This document shows, one piece after another, positions 42,112 to 52,193 of a stretch of 64,000 nucleotides of DNA (position 1 is the stretch's first letter; every line of letters begins with the position of its first letter). The notes beneath the pieces are model-generated. The model ran no database searches, had not been told where the DNA came from, and saw nothing but the letters and a program-made list of their open reading frames with translations. The translations under genes were made by a program, and so were the position numbers. The DNA comes from Thermoanaerobaculia bacterium (GTDB taxonomy: Bacteria; Acidobacteriota; Thermoanaerobaculia; Multivoradales; Multivoraceae), in contig OY762911.1 of NCBI GenBank assembly GCA_963666565.1, forward strand, positions 352,001 through 416,000, in the 5' to 3' direction.

Positions 42112-42126
42112 TGAACCGAGACCAGC

Positions 42127-42435
42127 CTAAAGCCCGGAAGAAGCGGTCGCCCGGAGCCTCGCCCGGTCACCGCGCTGGTCCCAGACGCGGAGAACCTCGA
42201 TCCGGTCATCGACGACGCGGTAGACGAAGGAGAACGGAGTCCGTGGAATCAACAACTCTCGAACACCCGGCAAGTCCATGACGGGCCGTCCCAAGGCCGG
42301 ATGATCTCGGAGCACTTCACGAGTACGAAGGTAGCGCTCGGCGGCGCGTGTTGCACCATCCGGAAACACTCGGGCGTAGTAGCGGCGCATCCACGCCAGG
42401 TCGGCGCGGGCCGACGGCAGGAAGACGAGTCTCAC
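42127..42435 (-). CDS. ParE/RelE-family toxin
   Basis: VFLPSARADL, LRDHPALGRP, VRELLIPRTPFSFVYRV, IEVLRVWD. Confidence 0.88.
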   Translation of the reverse strand: MRLVFLPSARADLAWMRRYYARVFPDGATRAAERYLRTREVLRDHPALGRPVMDLPGVRELLIPRTPFSFVYRVVDDRIEVLRVWDQRGDRARLRATASSGL

Positions 42436-42722
42436 CGACCGCGTGAACCGATAAACACATCGGGCTCAGGGGGCGGCGTCTCAGCGTCGGTTCCCCAAGA
42501 GGACACCCAGTCGTCCATCGCGGCCTGCGAAACGAACACGCCGGCTTCAGCCTCCCGGAGCGCGGCCTGAATGGCCGCTCGCTTCTCGGTGCAGTTGCGC
42601 AACATGACCTCGATCGCCTCGCCGGCAAGATGCGACGCGGAACGATGCTGACGCTTGGCCTCGATCCGGAGGCTCTCGAGGAGGTCGGCGTCTATGCGCA
42701 AGCTCGCTTGCTGCGTGGTCAT
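42432..42722 (-). CDS. CopG/RHH antitoxin
   Basis: SLRID...RSASHL..EAI, EAEAGVFVS...WVSSWGT; AGGAG RBS; GTGA overlap with toxin. Confidence 0.85.
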   Translation of the reverse strand: MTTQQASLRIDADLLESLRIEAKRQHRSASHLAGEAIEVMLRNCTEKRAAIQAALREAEAGVFVSQAAMDDWVSSWGTDAETPPPEPDVFIGSRGR

Positions 42723-42817
42723 GGTGTTGATCTCCTGTAGCCGACTGCTCGCGCGTCGAGCAGCGGAGCGCACAACATCCTATGACGGCTGCCTGCTCCC
42801 TGACCGACGCTTGGCAC

Positions 42818-43834
42818 TTAACCCCGTAGCCGGCCGCCGAGCCAACGCAGGGACTCTTCATCCATCCGCGCTTCGATCCTGAGTTCCAGGAGCGGCGGCG
42901 CGCCTTCAGAAAAGCGGCCCCGGAGCTTGACGGCGTCCTTGGACGTCGTGACGACGGCGTCGCAGCGGTGGCGGGCGCAGGCGGCTTCGATCGTGCGGAG
43001 GGAGCGCGGCGGATAGCGGTGGTGGTCGGCGAAGCGGAGGTGGTGCACGCAGTCCAGCCCGGCGGCGGCCGCGGTGCGGGCGACTCGCTCCGGACGGGCG
43101 ACGCCGGTGACGAGCAGCGGTCGGCTCGGCGACGGGGCGGCGGCGAGGTCGGCCTGGATGCCGGAGGCGGCGAGTTCCGCCTGGATGCGCGAGGTAAAGA
43201 CGCGGCCGGCGAAGCCGTGTCGGCGCAGGGTCGGCTCGAAGTCGGCCGGCGGTTCGGCGTCCGCTTCGAGGCCGGTGAGCACCGCGGCGTCGGCGAAGCG
43301 CGCGTGCTCCAGCGGCTCGCGCAGGCGGCCGCCCGGCAGGAGCAGGCCGCCGGCAAACGGGTCGGCGGCCGGGAAGGTCAGGATCTCGACGTCGCGGCGC
43401 ACGCGGAGGTGCGAGAAGCCGTCGTCGAGCAGGAAGACGTCGATGTCGGGCGTACGCTCCAGAGCCAGGGCGGCGGCCGCCCGGCGGTCGGCGCCGACCG
43501 CGACGACCGCGCCCGGCGCCTGTTCGGCGATCATCAGCGGCTCGTCGCCGCCCTCGGCGACCGTCGCCAGCGGCCCTTCGCCGAGGCTGACGATCAGAGG
43601 CAGCTTGCCGCGGCGACGGTAGCCGCGCGACAGCACGGCCACTCGCAGGCCGCGGCCGGCCAGCCCGCGCGCCGTCGCGATGACCGTCGGCGTCTTGCCG
43701 CTGCCGCCCCAGTGCAGGTTGCCGACGCTGACCGTGGGACGACCCAGGCTCTCCGCTCTTGCCGCCCAGTACCGTCGCCGCCGGCCATGCGCCCAGCCGT
43801 AGAAGCGCTGCCAGGGACCGCGGCGACGGCTCAC
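42818..43834 (-). CDS. lpxK: Tetraacyldisaccharide 4'-kinase
   Basis: SVGNLHWGGSGKTP, LSRGY, GDEP, LDDGFSH, LPGGRLREP, FADHH, TTSKDAVK; start may be 43897. Confidence 0.93.
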   Translation of the reverse strand: MSRRRGPWQRFYGWAHGRRRRYWAARAESLGRPTVSVGNLHWGGSGKTPTVIATARGLAGRGLRVAVLSRGYRRRGKLPLIVSLGEGPLATVAEGGDEPLMIAEQAPGAVVAVGADRRAAAALALERTPDIDVFLLDDGFSHLRVRRDVEILTFPAADPFAGGLLLPGGRLREPLEHARFADAAVLTGLEADAEPPADFEPTLRRHGFAGRVFTSRIQAELAASGIQADLAAAPSPSRPLLVTGVARPERVARTAAAAGLDCVHHLRFADHHRYPPRSLRTIEAACARHRCDAVVTTSKDAVKLRGRFSEGAPPLLELRIEARMDEESLRWLGGRLRG

Positions 43835-43904
43835 GTGCGTCCCGCCGGGTGATCCGAACGCCCCGAACGGCGCCGGCCGGGAACGAAGACGCGCCACGCC
43901 GCCT

Positions 43905-45278
43905 TCATTCCAGGTCCACCAGTTGACCGAGCAACTCGACCGACCGCTCGACGGCGCCCCGGTTGCGGTCGACCATCTCCCGTGCCCGCCTGCCCTGCTC
44001 CGCCGCCTCGAGGGGCCGGTCGATCAGCCGCCGCCAGGCCGCGGTCAGGGCCTCGCCGTCACGGACCACGGTCAGGGCGTCGGCGGCCTCGAAGTCTCGG
44101 GCGACGCGCCGGAAGTTCTCCATCGACGGGCCGACGACCGCCGGTACCCCGAAGCGCGCCGCCTCGATGGGGTTGTGGCCGCCGGTCGGCACCAACGAAC
44201 CGCCGATGAAGGCAGCCGCCGCCAGCCGGTAGATGGACGCGAGTTCGCCCAGGGAGTCCAGCAAGACGACCCGGACCTGCGCTGTCGGCTGTTGGCCACC
44301 CCCAGACTGTTCCGTCGACTCGGACCCCAAGTCGGTGTGCTGCCGACCAGCGAAGGGGCGCTCCGCGAGGCGATCGCCGGCGCTGTCGGGCAGCCTGAGA
44401 TTCTCCATTCGGCTCCGCCGCATCGCCGGCAGCGAGCGCTCCTCCACCTCGCGCCACGCCTCGTCGAAGCGCTGCGGGTGCCGGGCCGCCAACACCAGCA
44501 TCGCGTCGCGCTCCAGCCGCTCGAAGGCGTCCAGCACGATCGTCTCTTCGCCGGCCATCGTCGAGCCGGCGACCAGGATGGGCCGGCCGCCCGCCAGGCC
44601 GCGCAGCGCCGCCTCCAGACCCTCAACCGGCGTCGGTTCCGGCGTGTCGAACTTGAGGTTCCCCGTCAGCGCCACCCGCTCCGGCGCCGCCCCCAGGCTC
44701 ACGAGCCGCTCTTCGTCCTGCGGGCTCTGCGCGCCGAAGCGACCGACCGGGTCGAACAGCAACCGCCGGCACAACCGGCGCGCCGGGCGCATCCGCGCGT
44801 AGCTCCGGTCGCTGACGCGCGCGTTCAGCACCGCCGCCGGAATCCCGCGACGGGCGCAGTTCCGCAGGATCAGCGGCCACAGCTCGCTCTCCACCAGCGC
44901 CAGGGCCCGCGGCGAGTAGCGGTCGAGGAAGCGCGACACGAGCGGCGCCAGGTCGAACGGCAGATAGGTGACGACGACGCTGCGGCGGCCGGCGGCCAGC
45001 GGCCCGAACAGCCTCTTCGCCTCCGCCTGGCCGGTGGGCGTCACCGTCGTCACCAGCAGGTCGAGGTCCGCCGGCAGCGCCCGGGCGAAGGCCGCAGCCA
45101 CCGCGGTTTCGCCCACCGATGCCGCGTGCAGCCACAGCGGCCGCGATCCTCCGGGCTCCGGCAACCGCCCCAGCCGGGCCGGAAGGGTCTGCAGGTAGTG
45201 GCGGCCGCGCCGGGCCAGCAGGACCGGCGCCGCCACGCACAACCCCGCCGCCATCGCAAGCTGGTAGAGGAACCACAT
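43905..45278 (-). CDS. waaA: 3-deoxy-D-manno-octulosonic acid transferase
   Basis: WLHAASVGE, YLPFD, ESELWP, NARVSDRS, TGNLKFD, AGST, ARHPQR, DSLGEL, GGHNPIE. Confidence 0.95.
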   Translation of the reverse strand: MWFLYQLAMAAGLCVAAPVLLARRGRHYLQTLPARLGRLPEPGGSRPLWLHAASVGETAVAAAFARALPADLDLLVTTVTPTGQAEAKRLFGPLAAGRRSVVVTYLPFDLAPLVSRFLDRYSPRALALVESELWPLILRNCARRGIPAAVLNARVSDRSYARMRPARRLCRRLLFDPVGRFGAQSPQDEERLVSLGAAPERVALTGNLKFDTPEPTPVEGLEAALRGLAGGRPILVAGSTMAGEETIVLDAFERLERDAMLVLAARHPQRFDEAWREVEERSLPAMRRSRMENLRLPDSAGDRLAERPFAGRQHTDLGSESTEQSGGGQQPTAQVRVVLLDSLGELASIYRLAAAAFIGGSLVPTGGHNPIEAARFGVPAVVGPSMENFRRVARDFEAADALTVVRDGEALTAAWRRLIDRPLEAAEQGRRAREMVDRNRGAVERSVELLGQLVDLE

Positions 45279-45376
45279 AAGTGACGGCCGGAGTCCGGCC
45301 CGCCGGGCGCCCGGGCCTCCGACCCGCTGCCGCCGGAGGCGGCCGCGAGGCGCCGGCCGGACCGTATCGACGCCCG

Positions 45377-45384
45377 AGTATAAT
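45377..45384. promoter_or_regulatory. Overlapping divergent -10 elements (TATAAT on +, TATACT on -)
   Basis: AGTATAAT in the waaA/ECF-sigma divergent intergenic region. Confidence 0.6.
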
Positions 45385-45474
45385 TCCGCCGCCTGCTGGC
45401 GGAGGCCGTTCCGGTCACTACGAAGCGCGGCCTCTTGGACGCTTTGCTCCGGGCCTCCGTATCAACAGCGAGGC

Positions 45475-46182
45475 ATGAGATCCGCGCAAGCCATCCGCAT
45501 GGAACCGCCACGCGAAGATCCTCCCCGGAGCGGTCTGACGATCGCGTACTCCCGCCATCGACGCCGGATGGCGTGGGCCGACGCGCCCGACGCCGAGCTC
45601 CTGGAGGGCATGCGCGGCGACGACGAACTCGCGCTCGACGAGCTGATGCGCCGCAAGACGGCCCCGCTCGTGCAACTGGCCACCCGGCTGGTGGGCGACC
45701 GGGAGGACGCCCGCGACATCGTCCAGGTCGCCTTCCTGCGGATCTGGGACTCGCGGCGCCGATTCGACCGCCGCTTCAGCCCGAACACGTGGATCTACCG
45801 GATCGTCTCGAACCTCGCGATCGACCACCTGCGTTCCCGCTCCTCCCGGCTCCGCTCGCTGCAGAGCTTCCAGTTGCACCAGGAACATCTGGCCGGCGAG
45901 AGCGCCCCGCGGCAACTCGATTCGCTCTCCGCCCGCGAAGTCCGCGCCGTGTTTCAGGAACTCGCCTCCACCCTGAGCGAGAAGCAGCGCGCCGTCTTCG
46001 TGCTGCGGGAGATGGAGGGTCTGAAGGGCAGAGAGATCGCCGCCATCCTCGGCATCCGCCCCTCGACCGTCCGCAACCACCTGTTCAACAGCCGCAGGCT
46101 GCTCCGCGAGGAACTGCTCAAGCGGTATCCCGAGTACGCCCGGCGCGCCGGCGCCCGCCGGGAAGGAAGGGAGCGCCCATGA
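45475..46182 (+). CDS. ECF RNA polymerase sigma factor
   Basis: DAELL, DARDIVQVAF, TWIYRIVSNLAIDHLR, LSEKQRAVFVLR, EIAAILG..STVRNHL; start uncertain (45475/45499/45568). Confidence 0.9.
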   Translation: MRSAQAIRMEPPREDPPRSGLTIAYSRHRRRMAWADAPDAELLEGMRGDDELALDELMRRKTAPLVQLATRLVGDREDARDIVQVAFLRIWDSRRRFDRRFSPNTWIYRIVSNLAIDHLRSRSSRLRSLQSFQLHQEHLAGESAPRQLDSLSAREVRAVFQELASTLSEKQRAVFVLREMEGLKGREIAAILGIRPSTVRNHLFNSRRLLREELLKRYPEYARRAGARREGRERP

Positions 46183-46805
46183 CTTCTCTCTGCCCCGACT
46201 GGGCCGTCCTCGCGCGCGAGCGCGAACAGGCGGAACGCCGTCCCGAGATCGGCGACGCGAACGTGGACGCCCTCTGGCAGGACGCTCTCCGGCACCGCGA
46301 GGGCTGCGACCGCTGCCGCGCGGCCTCCCTCGACGTCGATCCCCTGCTGCTGTTCAGCGGCGCCTTCGCCGGCGGCGAGGACGAGGACGACCGCGCCGGC
46401 GAAGTCGACGCGATCCGCCGGCGCGTGCGGCTCGAACTCGACGGGCGGGCCACCGAGCGGCGCCTGAACGAGGCGCGGAGCGCCCGCCGGCGCCTGCCCA
46501 TGGCCTCGCTCCTGGCCGCCGGCGTCGCCGCCGCGGCGCTCGGCGCGAGCCTCCTGCTGTGGCGGGCCAACGCGCCGTCCCCGGCGGAGGTCGCCGCCGC
46601 AGGGGCGCCCGGCGCCAATCCCCCGATCGGGCTGGAGGACGCGCCGGCGACGCTGGCGATCGCGGACGCCGCGCTCGCGCTGCCCGACCACATCGCGATG
46701 GCGCCGCTGGTCGAGCCGCTCGGCGACGAACCGCTGCAGGTCTACCAGGTTCCCGGCAACGGCAACGGCGCCGACCTCGACGTCGTCCTGGTGGTGGCGC
46801 CGTGA
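46179..46805 (+). CDS. Probable zinc-binding anti-sigma factor, single TM
   Basis: HREGCDRC (HxxxCxxC ZAS motif), one hydrophobic segment, ATGA overlap with sigma. Confidence 0.65.
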   Translation: MTSLCPDWAVLAREREQAERRPEIGDANVDALWQDALRHREGCDRCRAASLDVDPLLLFSGAFAGGEDEDDRAGEVDAIRRRVRLELDGRATERRLNEARSARRRLPMASLLAAGVAAAALGASLLLWRANAPSPAEVAAAGAPGANPPIGLEDAPATLAIADAALALPDHIAMAPLVEPLGDEPLQVYQVPGNGNGADLDVVLVVAP

Positions 46806-47557
46806 GAGCTCCAAGCGCCGCGCGCGCCCTCCGCCGGGTCGTGGCTCTTGTGGCCGCCCTGCCGCTCCTGGCCGCCGCCGGCCTGTCGCCGTCCGTTCTC
46901 GCGCAGCCGGCGGGCGGGCAGCAGGAGGCCGAGACCCAGATCCGCCACGCCTTCACGCTCCAGCACCAGCGCGCCGACGACGCCCTGGAGTGGATGCAGA
47001 ACGAGATGTCGCCCCAGGGCACGATCGAACTGCAGCGCGCGACGAACACCCTCGTGCTGAGGGACCGAAGCAGCGTGCTCGAGCACCTGCTCGCCCTGCT
47101 GCGCGACTTCGACCACCCGCGCCGGCAGATCGAGTTCGAGATCTTCATCCTCGAGGCGTCGCGCCGCGGCAGCGGCGACCCGCGCTCCGAGCTGCCGGCG
47201 CAGCTCACCGACGAGCTGGGCAACTGGCTGGCCTTCACCAGCTACCGCCTGCTCGGCGAGGGCCGGTTCGAGGCGACGGAGGGCGAGGACGTCCGCTACG
47301 AGATGGGCGCCGAGTTCCGGCTCAGCTTCCGGGTCGGCACCGTGCTGCTCGACCGCCGCCTCAAGCTCTACGGGGTCGAGATCGAACGCAGCCGCAGCGC
47401 CGTCCTCGACGAGCGCGTCTTCAACGGCCACCTGAACGTCTGGGTCGGCAAACCGCTGGTCCTGGCGCTCCCCTACCGAGGCTCCGACGCCAGCGGCCTG
47501 GTGGTCGCCGTGACCGTCCGGTCTCCCCGGGAAGACGGCCTGAGCGCCGCCGACTAG
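46802..47557 (+). CDS. Exported protein with secretin N-terminal (NolW-like) domain
   Basis: Signal peptide; FTLQHQRA...TNTLVLRD...LLRDFDHPRRQIEFEI. Confidence 0.65.
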   Translation: MRAPSAARALRRVVALVAALPLLAAAGLSPSVLAQPAGGQQEAETQIRHAFTLQHQRADDALEWMQNEMSPQGTIELQRATNTLVLRDRSSVLEHLLALLRDFDHPRRQIEFEIFILEASRRGSGDPRSELPAQLTDELGNWLAFTSYRLLGEGRFEATEGEDVRYEMGAEFRLSFRVGTVLLDRRLKLYGVEIERSRSAVLDERVFNGHLNVWVGKPLVLALPYRGSDASGLVVAVTVRSPREDGLSAAD

Positions 47558-47571
47558 GAGCGAATCGGGTC

Positions 47572-48810
47572 ATGCAGTTCGTCTGCCGGCTGGGCACCGC
47601 CGACGGTCGCATCGTGGAACGGATCCACGAGGCGCCGGACCTCCGCACCGCGCGCCGCGAGATCGAACGCCGCGGGCTCCACGTCTTCGAGATCAGGCGC
47701 CGCGGACTGCAGCACCTCTTCGGGTCGCTGGTGGGCGGGAGTTCGGCCGCCGCCGGAGGCGGCCGCAAGGCGGCGCCGGCCCAGGAGTTCCTGATCTTCA
47801 ACCAGCAGTTGGCGGGCCTGCTCGGGGCGGGCCTGCCCCTGCTCCAGTGCCTGGACCTGCTCTGCGAGCGGCAGCGCGACGCCGCCTTCAAGGAGGCGCT
47901 GGGCGAGATCCGCAACCGCGTCGAGAGCGGCGAGGAACTCTCCGAGGCCTTCGCGGCCGCCGAGAGGGCCTTCCCGCCGATCTACAGCTCGATGCTCAAG
48001 GCCGGCGAGCAGAGCGGCGGCCTGGAACGGGTCATCCGCCGCTACGTGCGCCAGCTCAAGCTGGTCACGAGCTCCCGCAAGCGGGTGGTCAGCGCGTTCT
48101 TCTACCCGGCGCTCCTGATCTGCCTGTCCGTCGGCATCGTGGCGGTGATGATGTTCTTCGTCATGCCCCGCTTCGAGGAGTTCTACGTGGCGCTCGACCT
48201 CGACCTGCCCTGGCTCACGCGGGCTCTCCTCGTCACGTCCGACGTGCTCCGCAGCCCGACCACCCTGGCGCTGCTCGCCGTCGCGTCCGTGGCGGGCTGG
48301 GCGGCCTGGAGGCTGGGCAGGAGCGGCCGGCTCGGTGCCCTGGTCGACCGGCTCAAGCTGCGGCTGCCGATCGTCGGGCCGATCTTCCACCGCTTCGCGC
48401 TGTCCGAGTTCTGCCGCTCCCTGGCCACCCTGCTGCACGGCGGCCTGCCGCTCGCCGCGGCGCTCGAAACCGCGTCGTCGGCGGTGACGAACCGGTTCCT
48501 GCACCAGCGGGCGGCGGCGCTCGGACCGCGGATCCGCGAGGGCGAGGCTTTCCACGTCGCCCTCGAGGAATCGGGCGTGTTCACCGACCTCGCCATCGAC
48601 ATGGTCAAGGTCGGCGAGGCGACCGGCGCCCTGGACGAGATGGTGAACAGCGTGTCCGACTTCCTGGACGAGGACGTCGAGACCCGTACCGAGCGCCTGC
48701 TCTCGCTGGTGGAGCCGGTGATGCTGGTCGTCATGGGCTGCACCGTCGCCCTGCTCGTGCTCTCGATGTACCTGCCGCTGTTCAGCGTGCTGGGACAGGT
48801 GCAGGGCTGA
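47572..48810 (+). CDS. T2SS/T4P platform protein GspF/PilC
   Basis: AGLPLLQCL, VESGEELSEA, AGEQSGGL, YPA, VGEATGALD, LVEP, MYLPLF. Confidence 0.92.
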   Translation: MQFVCRLGTADGRIVERIHEAPDLRTARREIERRGLHVFEIRRRGLQHLFGSLVGGSSAAAGGGRKAAPAQEFLIFNQQLAGLLGAGLPLLQCLDLLCERQRDAAFKEALGEIRNRVESGEELSEAFAAAERAFPPIYSSMLKAGEQSGGLERVIRRYVRQLKLVTSSRKRVVSAFFYPALLICLSVGIVAVMMFFVMPRFEEFYVALDLDLPWLTRALLVTSDVLRSPTTLALLAVASVAGWAAWRLGRSGRLGALVDRLKLRLPIVGPIFHRFALSEFCRSLATLLHGGLPLAAALETASSAVTNRFLHQRAAALGPRIREGEAFHVALEESGVFTDLAIDMVKVGEATGALDEMVNSVSDFLDEDVETRTERLLSLVEPVMLVVMGCTVALLVLSMYLPLFSVLGQVQG

Positions 48811-50495
48811 TGGTCGTCCACGAAGATAGCGCCGCGGCGCGCAACCGCCGGCTGATCGCGGAGGGCGTGTCGGACCTCGAGGGCCTGCGGGTGGCGAGCG
48901 ACGACGAGGACCGGCTCGGCCGGGAACGGGCCGAGGCCGACCGGCTGGCCGAGCAGTTCGGCCTCGAGGTCGCGGACCTGGCGAACTTCCGCATCGACAA
49001 CGACCTCTTCCGGCACATTCCGTTCGACCTCATGCTCCGCTACGGCTTCATCCCGGAGCGGCAGTTGGAGGGCCGCCTGGCGGTCGTCATGGCCGATCCG
49101 ACGGACGTGGTCCGGGTCGACGAACTGGAGCTGCAGCTCGGGCAACCGCTCGAACCCCGCATCGGCGTCCGGTCCGAGATCGAGGACCTGCTGCAGAAGT
49201 CCGAGAGCGCTCAGCGCGTCCTCGACGAGGCGACCGAGGACTTCAAGATCCAGCTCGTCCAGGAAGACGAGGACAGCGGCGAGGTGCTCTCGATCGACCG
49301 GATCTCGGCCGATCAGAGCCCGATCATCAAGCTGGTCGACTCGACGCTGTTCAACGCCATCCAGCGCCGGGCCTCGGACGTCCACATCGAGACCCGCGAG
49401 CACGAGGTCGTCATCAAGTACCGGATCGACGGCGTGCTGTACCAGGCGATGGAGCCGATCGACAAGCGCCATCACCAGACGATCGTCAGCCGGATCAAGG
49501 TGATGTCCGAACTCGACATCGCCGAGAAACGGGTTCCCCAGGACGGCCGCTTCAAGGTCCGCGTGAGCGGCCGCACGATCGACTTCCGGGTCTCCGTGAT
49601 GCCCTCCGTCCACGGCGAGGACTGCGTGATCCGCATCCTCGACAAGGAGTCGATGAACCAGGAGTTCCGCAACCTGCGGCTCGACGTCCTCGGCCTCGAC
49701 GGCGAGACGATGGGCAAGCTCCGCAAGTTCATCCGCGAGCCGTACGGCATGGTCCTGGTCACCGGCCCGACCGGCTCCGGCAAGACGACCACGCTCTACG
49801 CCTGCCTGTCCGAGATCCAGTCCAGCGAGGACAAGATCGTCACGATCGAGGACCCGGTCGAGTACCAGCTCGACGGCATCACCCAGATTCCGGTCAACGA
49901 GAAGAAGGGGCTGACGTTCGCCCGCGGACTCCGCTCCATCCTCCGCCACGACCCGGACAAGATCATGGTCGGCGAGATCCGGGACGAGGAGACGGCCCAG
50001 ATCGCCATCCAGTCGGCGCTGACCGGCCACCTCGTGTTCACCACGGTCCACGCGAACAACGTGGTCGACGTCCTCGGCCGGTTCCTGAACATGAACGTCG
50101 ACCTGTACAACTTCGTCGCCGCCCTGAACTGCGTGCTGGCCCAGCGGCTGGTGCGCCGCATCTGCAACCACTGCCGCGAGCCGGCGAAGGCCACCGACGC
50201 CCTGCTCGAGGAGAGCGGCCTCGGCTGGGACGACATCGCCGGCTGGGAACTCTTCGAGGGCCGGGGCTGCATGGAATGCAACGGCACCGGCTTCTTCGGA
50301 CGGATGGCGGTGTCCGAACTGCTCGACCTGTCCGACCCGATCCGTGAACTGATCCTCGACCGGCGCCCGGCGTCGGAAATCCGCCGCGCCGCCGGCGCGG
50401 AGGGAATGCGTTTCCTGCGCCAGAGCGCGCTGGAGAAAGTGCGCGAAGGAGTGACCACTCTCCGTGAGATCAACAAGGTTACCTTCGTGGATTGA
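48810..50495 (+). CDS. T2SS/T4P assembly ATPase GspE/PilB
   Basis: ASDVHIE, DIAEKRVPQDGRF, TGPTGSGKTT, TIEDPVE, LRHDPDKIMVGEIRD, TGHLVFTTVH, CxxC pairs. Confidence 0.95.
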   Translation: MVVHEDSAAARNRRLIAEGVSDLEGLRVASDDEDRLGRERAEADRLAEQFGLEVADLANFRIDNDLFRHIPFDLMLRYGFIPERQLEGRLAVVMADPTDVVRVDELELQLGQPLEPRIGVRSEIEDLLQKSESAQRVLDEATEDFKIQLVQEDEDSGEVLSIDRISADQSPIIKLVDSTLFNAIQRRASDVHIETREHEVVIKYRIDGVLYQAMEPIDKRHHQTIVSRIKVMSELDIAEKRVPQDGRFKVRVSGRTIDFRVSVMPSVHGEDCVIRILDKESMNQEFRNLRLDVLGLDGETMGKLRKFIREPYGMVLVTGPTGSGKTTTLYACLSEIQSSEDKIVTIEDPVEYQLDGITQIPVNEKKGLTFARGLRSILRHDPDKIMVGEIRDEETAQIAIQSALTGHLVFTTVHANNVVDVLGRFLNMNVDLYNFVAALNCVLAQRLVRRICNHCREPAKATDALLEESGLGWDDIAGWELFEGRGCMECNGTGFFGRMAVSELLDLSDPIRELILDRRPASEIRRAAGAEGMRFLRQSALEKVREGVTTLREINKVTFVD

Positions 50496-51474
50496 GCGCC
50501 TCGCCGGCCTCGACGACCCTCGGGGACCGGCGTCGGTGTTCCTGCTCGACGAGCGCGAACTCGTCCTGGCGCACTTCGTCCGCCAGAGCGGCGCCGCGCC
50601 CGAGCTGCGGGCCGTCCGGCGGCGCGCCCTGCCGGCCGAGACGTTCCAGGAGGGCGCGCTCGGCGGGCCGCTGCGGGAGCCCGCCCAGTTCCACGACGTG
50701 GTCGACGAACTCCGGCAGGCCGCCGACACGGCCACCGGGGGACCGGTGACCGCCGCCGCGCTCGTGCTGCCCGACCGCTGGCTGCGCCTGACCTTCGCCG
50801 AGCTCGAGGCCGTGCCCCGGAACGCGCGGCAGCGCGAGGAGGCGCTCCGCTTCAAGCTGCGCAAGCAGGTCCCCTTCCGGGTCGAGGAACTGCGCGTCCG
50901 CGGCGCCCGGGCCGGGAGCAACGGCGCCGGCGACTCCAACCGGTTTCTGATCGCCTTCGGCGTCGAGCGGGTGCTGGCCCAGATCGAGGATTCGTTCCGG
51001 CGCGCCGGCATCCACATCGGCATGGTGACGAACGCGAGCCTGGGGGCGGCGCAGGGCATCCGGCTGGCGCACGACGCCGAGGGGGCCTTCCTGCTCCTGC
51101 TCGCGCACCGCGACGGCTACTCCCTGATGGCGCACGCGGAGGACGGCCCGGCGCTCTACCGCTACAAGAGCTTCGACCCGGCCCTCCCCTCTCCGGTCGC
51201 TTCCCGGCTGGCCGTGCGGGAACTGCGGCTGACCCGGAGCTTCATCGAGAAACGCGGCCTCTTCGGCCCCGAAGGGGCTCTGCCCGGGCAGGTCCTCATG
51301 CTGGCCGCCGAGGCCTCCCGCGCCGTCTGGCGCGAACGGCTGGAAGACGGCCTGGGGCTCGAGGCGCGGGTGCTCCGGGACGGCGGCGCGCCGGGTGCCG
51401 GAACGGGGGCCGGAGAACTCGAACTCGACCGGGCGCTGCCGATGCTGGGCGCCTCGCTGGCGGTGAGCAGGTGA
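50464..51474 (+). CDS. PilM/GspL-like cytoplasmic assembly protein
   Basis: Position after the ATPase; ALVLPD, LRFKLRKQVPF. Confidence 0.6.
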   Translation: MRSTRLPSWIERLAGLDDPRGPASVFLLDERELVLAHFVRQSGAAPELRAVRRRALPAETFQEGALGGPLREPAQFHDVVDELRQAADTATGGPVTAAALVLPDRWLRLTFAELEAVPRNARQREEALRFKLRKQVPFRVEELRVRGARAGSNGAGDSNRFLIAFGVERVLAQIEDSFRRAGIHIGMVTNASLGAAQGIRLAHDAEGAFLLLLAHRDGYSLMAHAEDGPALYRYKSFDPALPSPVASRLAVRELRLTRSFIEKRGLFGPEGALPGQVLMLAAEASRAVWRERLEDGLGLEARVLRDGGAPGAGTGAGELELDRALPMLGASLAVSR

Positions 51475-52193
51475 GCACGCTCCTCAATCTCGCCGCCCGG
51501 CCGTTCGTCAACCGCCGCCCGTGGCGCCGGCTGACGCTGCTGCTGTGGGCGCTCGGCCTCGCCCTGCTGACCCTGAACGCGGTGCTCTACTGGGGCTATC
51601 TCACCGGCTCCGCCGACGCCCGCGCCGAGCTCGCGGGGCTGCGGGAGCAGCTTGCCGGAGACCGGAGGGAGCTCGACGGGCTGAGGACGGAACTGGCGCG
51701 TCTCGACGTGGAGGCGCAGAACCTCGAGGTCGCCTTCCTGAACGAGCGCATCGCGGACCGCCGCTTTCCGTGGGGCCGGCTCTTCAACGACATCGAGCAG
51801 GTGCTGCCGTGGAACACGCGCCTGCGCAGCTTGGCGCCGCAGCGCGGCGACCGGAACCGCCGGCGGCGCGCGGCGCTCCGCTCGGGCGACGAGTCGCGGG
51901 TGGTCCTCGACCTCACCGGGGAAGCCCGGGACGACCAGGGGCTGCTCGGCCTGGTCGACGCCCTGTTCGAGCATCCCGCCTTCGACGACCCGAAGCTGCT
52001 GCAGGAGAGCCGGCAGGACGCCGGCCCGCTCGACTTCACGATCGCGGTCGTCTACCTGCCGGACGCGGCGGCCGGCGACGCGGAGGAGGCGGCGGACGCC
52101 GACGCCGGCGGCGCCGCGGACGCGACCGCGGACGTGGCCGGCGCGGAAACCCCGGCGGCCGGCGCGGCAGCGCCCGCGGAGGCCCGGCCGTGA
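51471..52193 (+). CDS. PilN-like protein
   Basis: N-terminal LNLAARPF, TM helix, coiled coil, WGRLFNDIEQVLP. Confidence 0.75.
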   Translation: MSTLLNLAARPFVNRRPWRRLTLLLWALGLALLTLNAVLYWGYLTGSADARAELAGLREQLAGDRRELDGLRTELARLDVEAQNLEVAFLNERIADRRFPWGRLFNDIEQVLPWNTRLRSLAPQRGDRNRRRRAALRSGDESRVVLDLTGEARDDQGLLGLVDALFEHPAFDDPKLLQESRQDAGPLDFTIAVVYLPDAAAGDAEEAADADAGGAADATADVAGAETPAAGAAAPAEARP

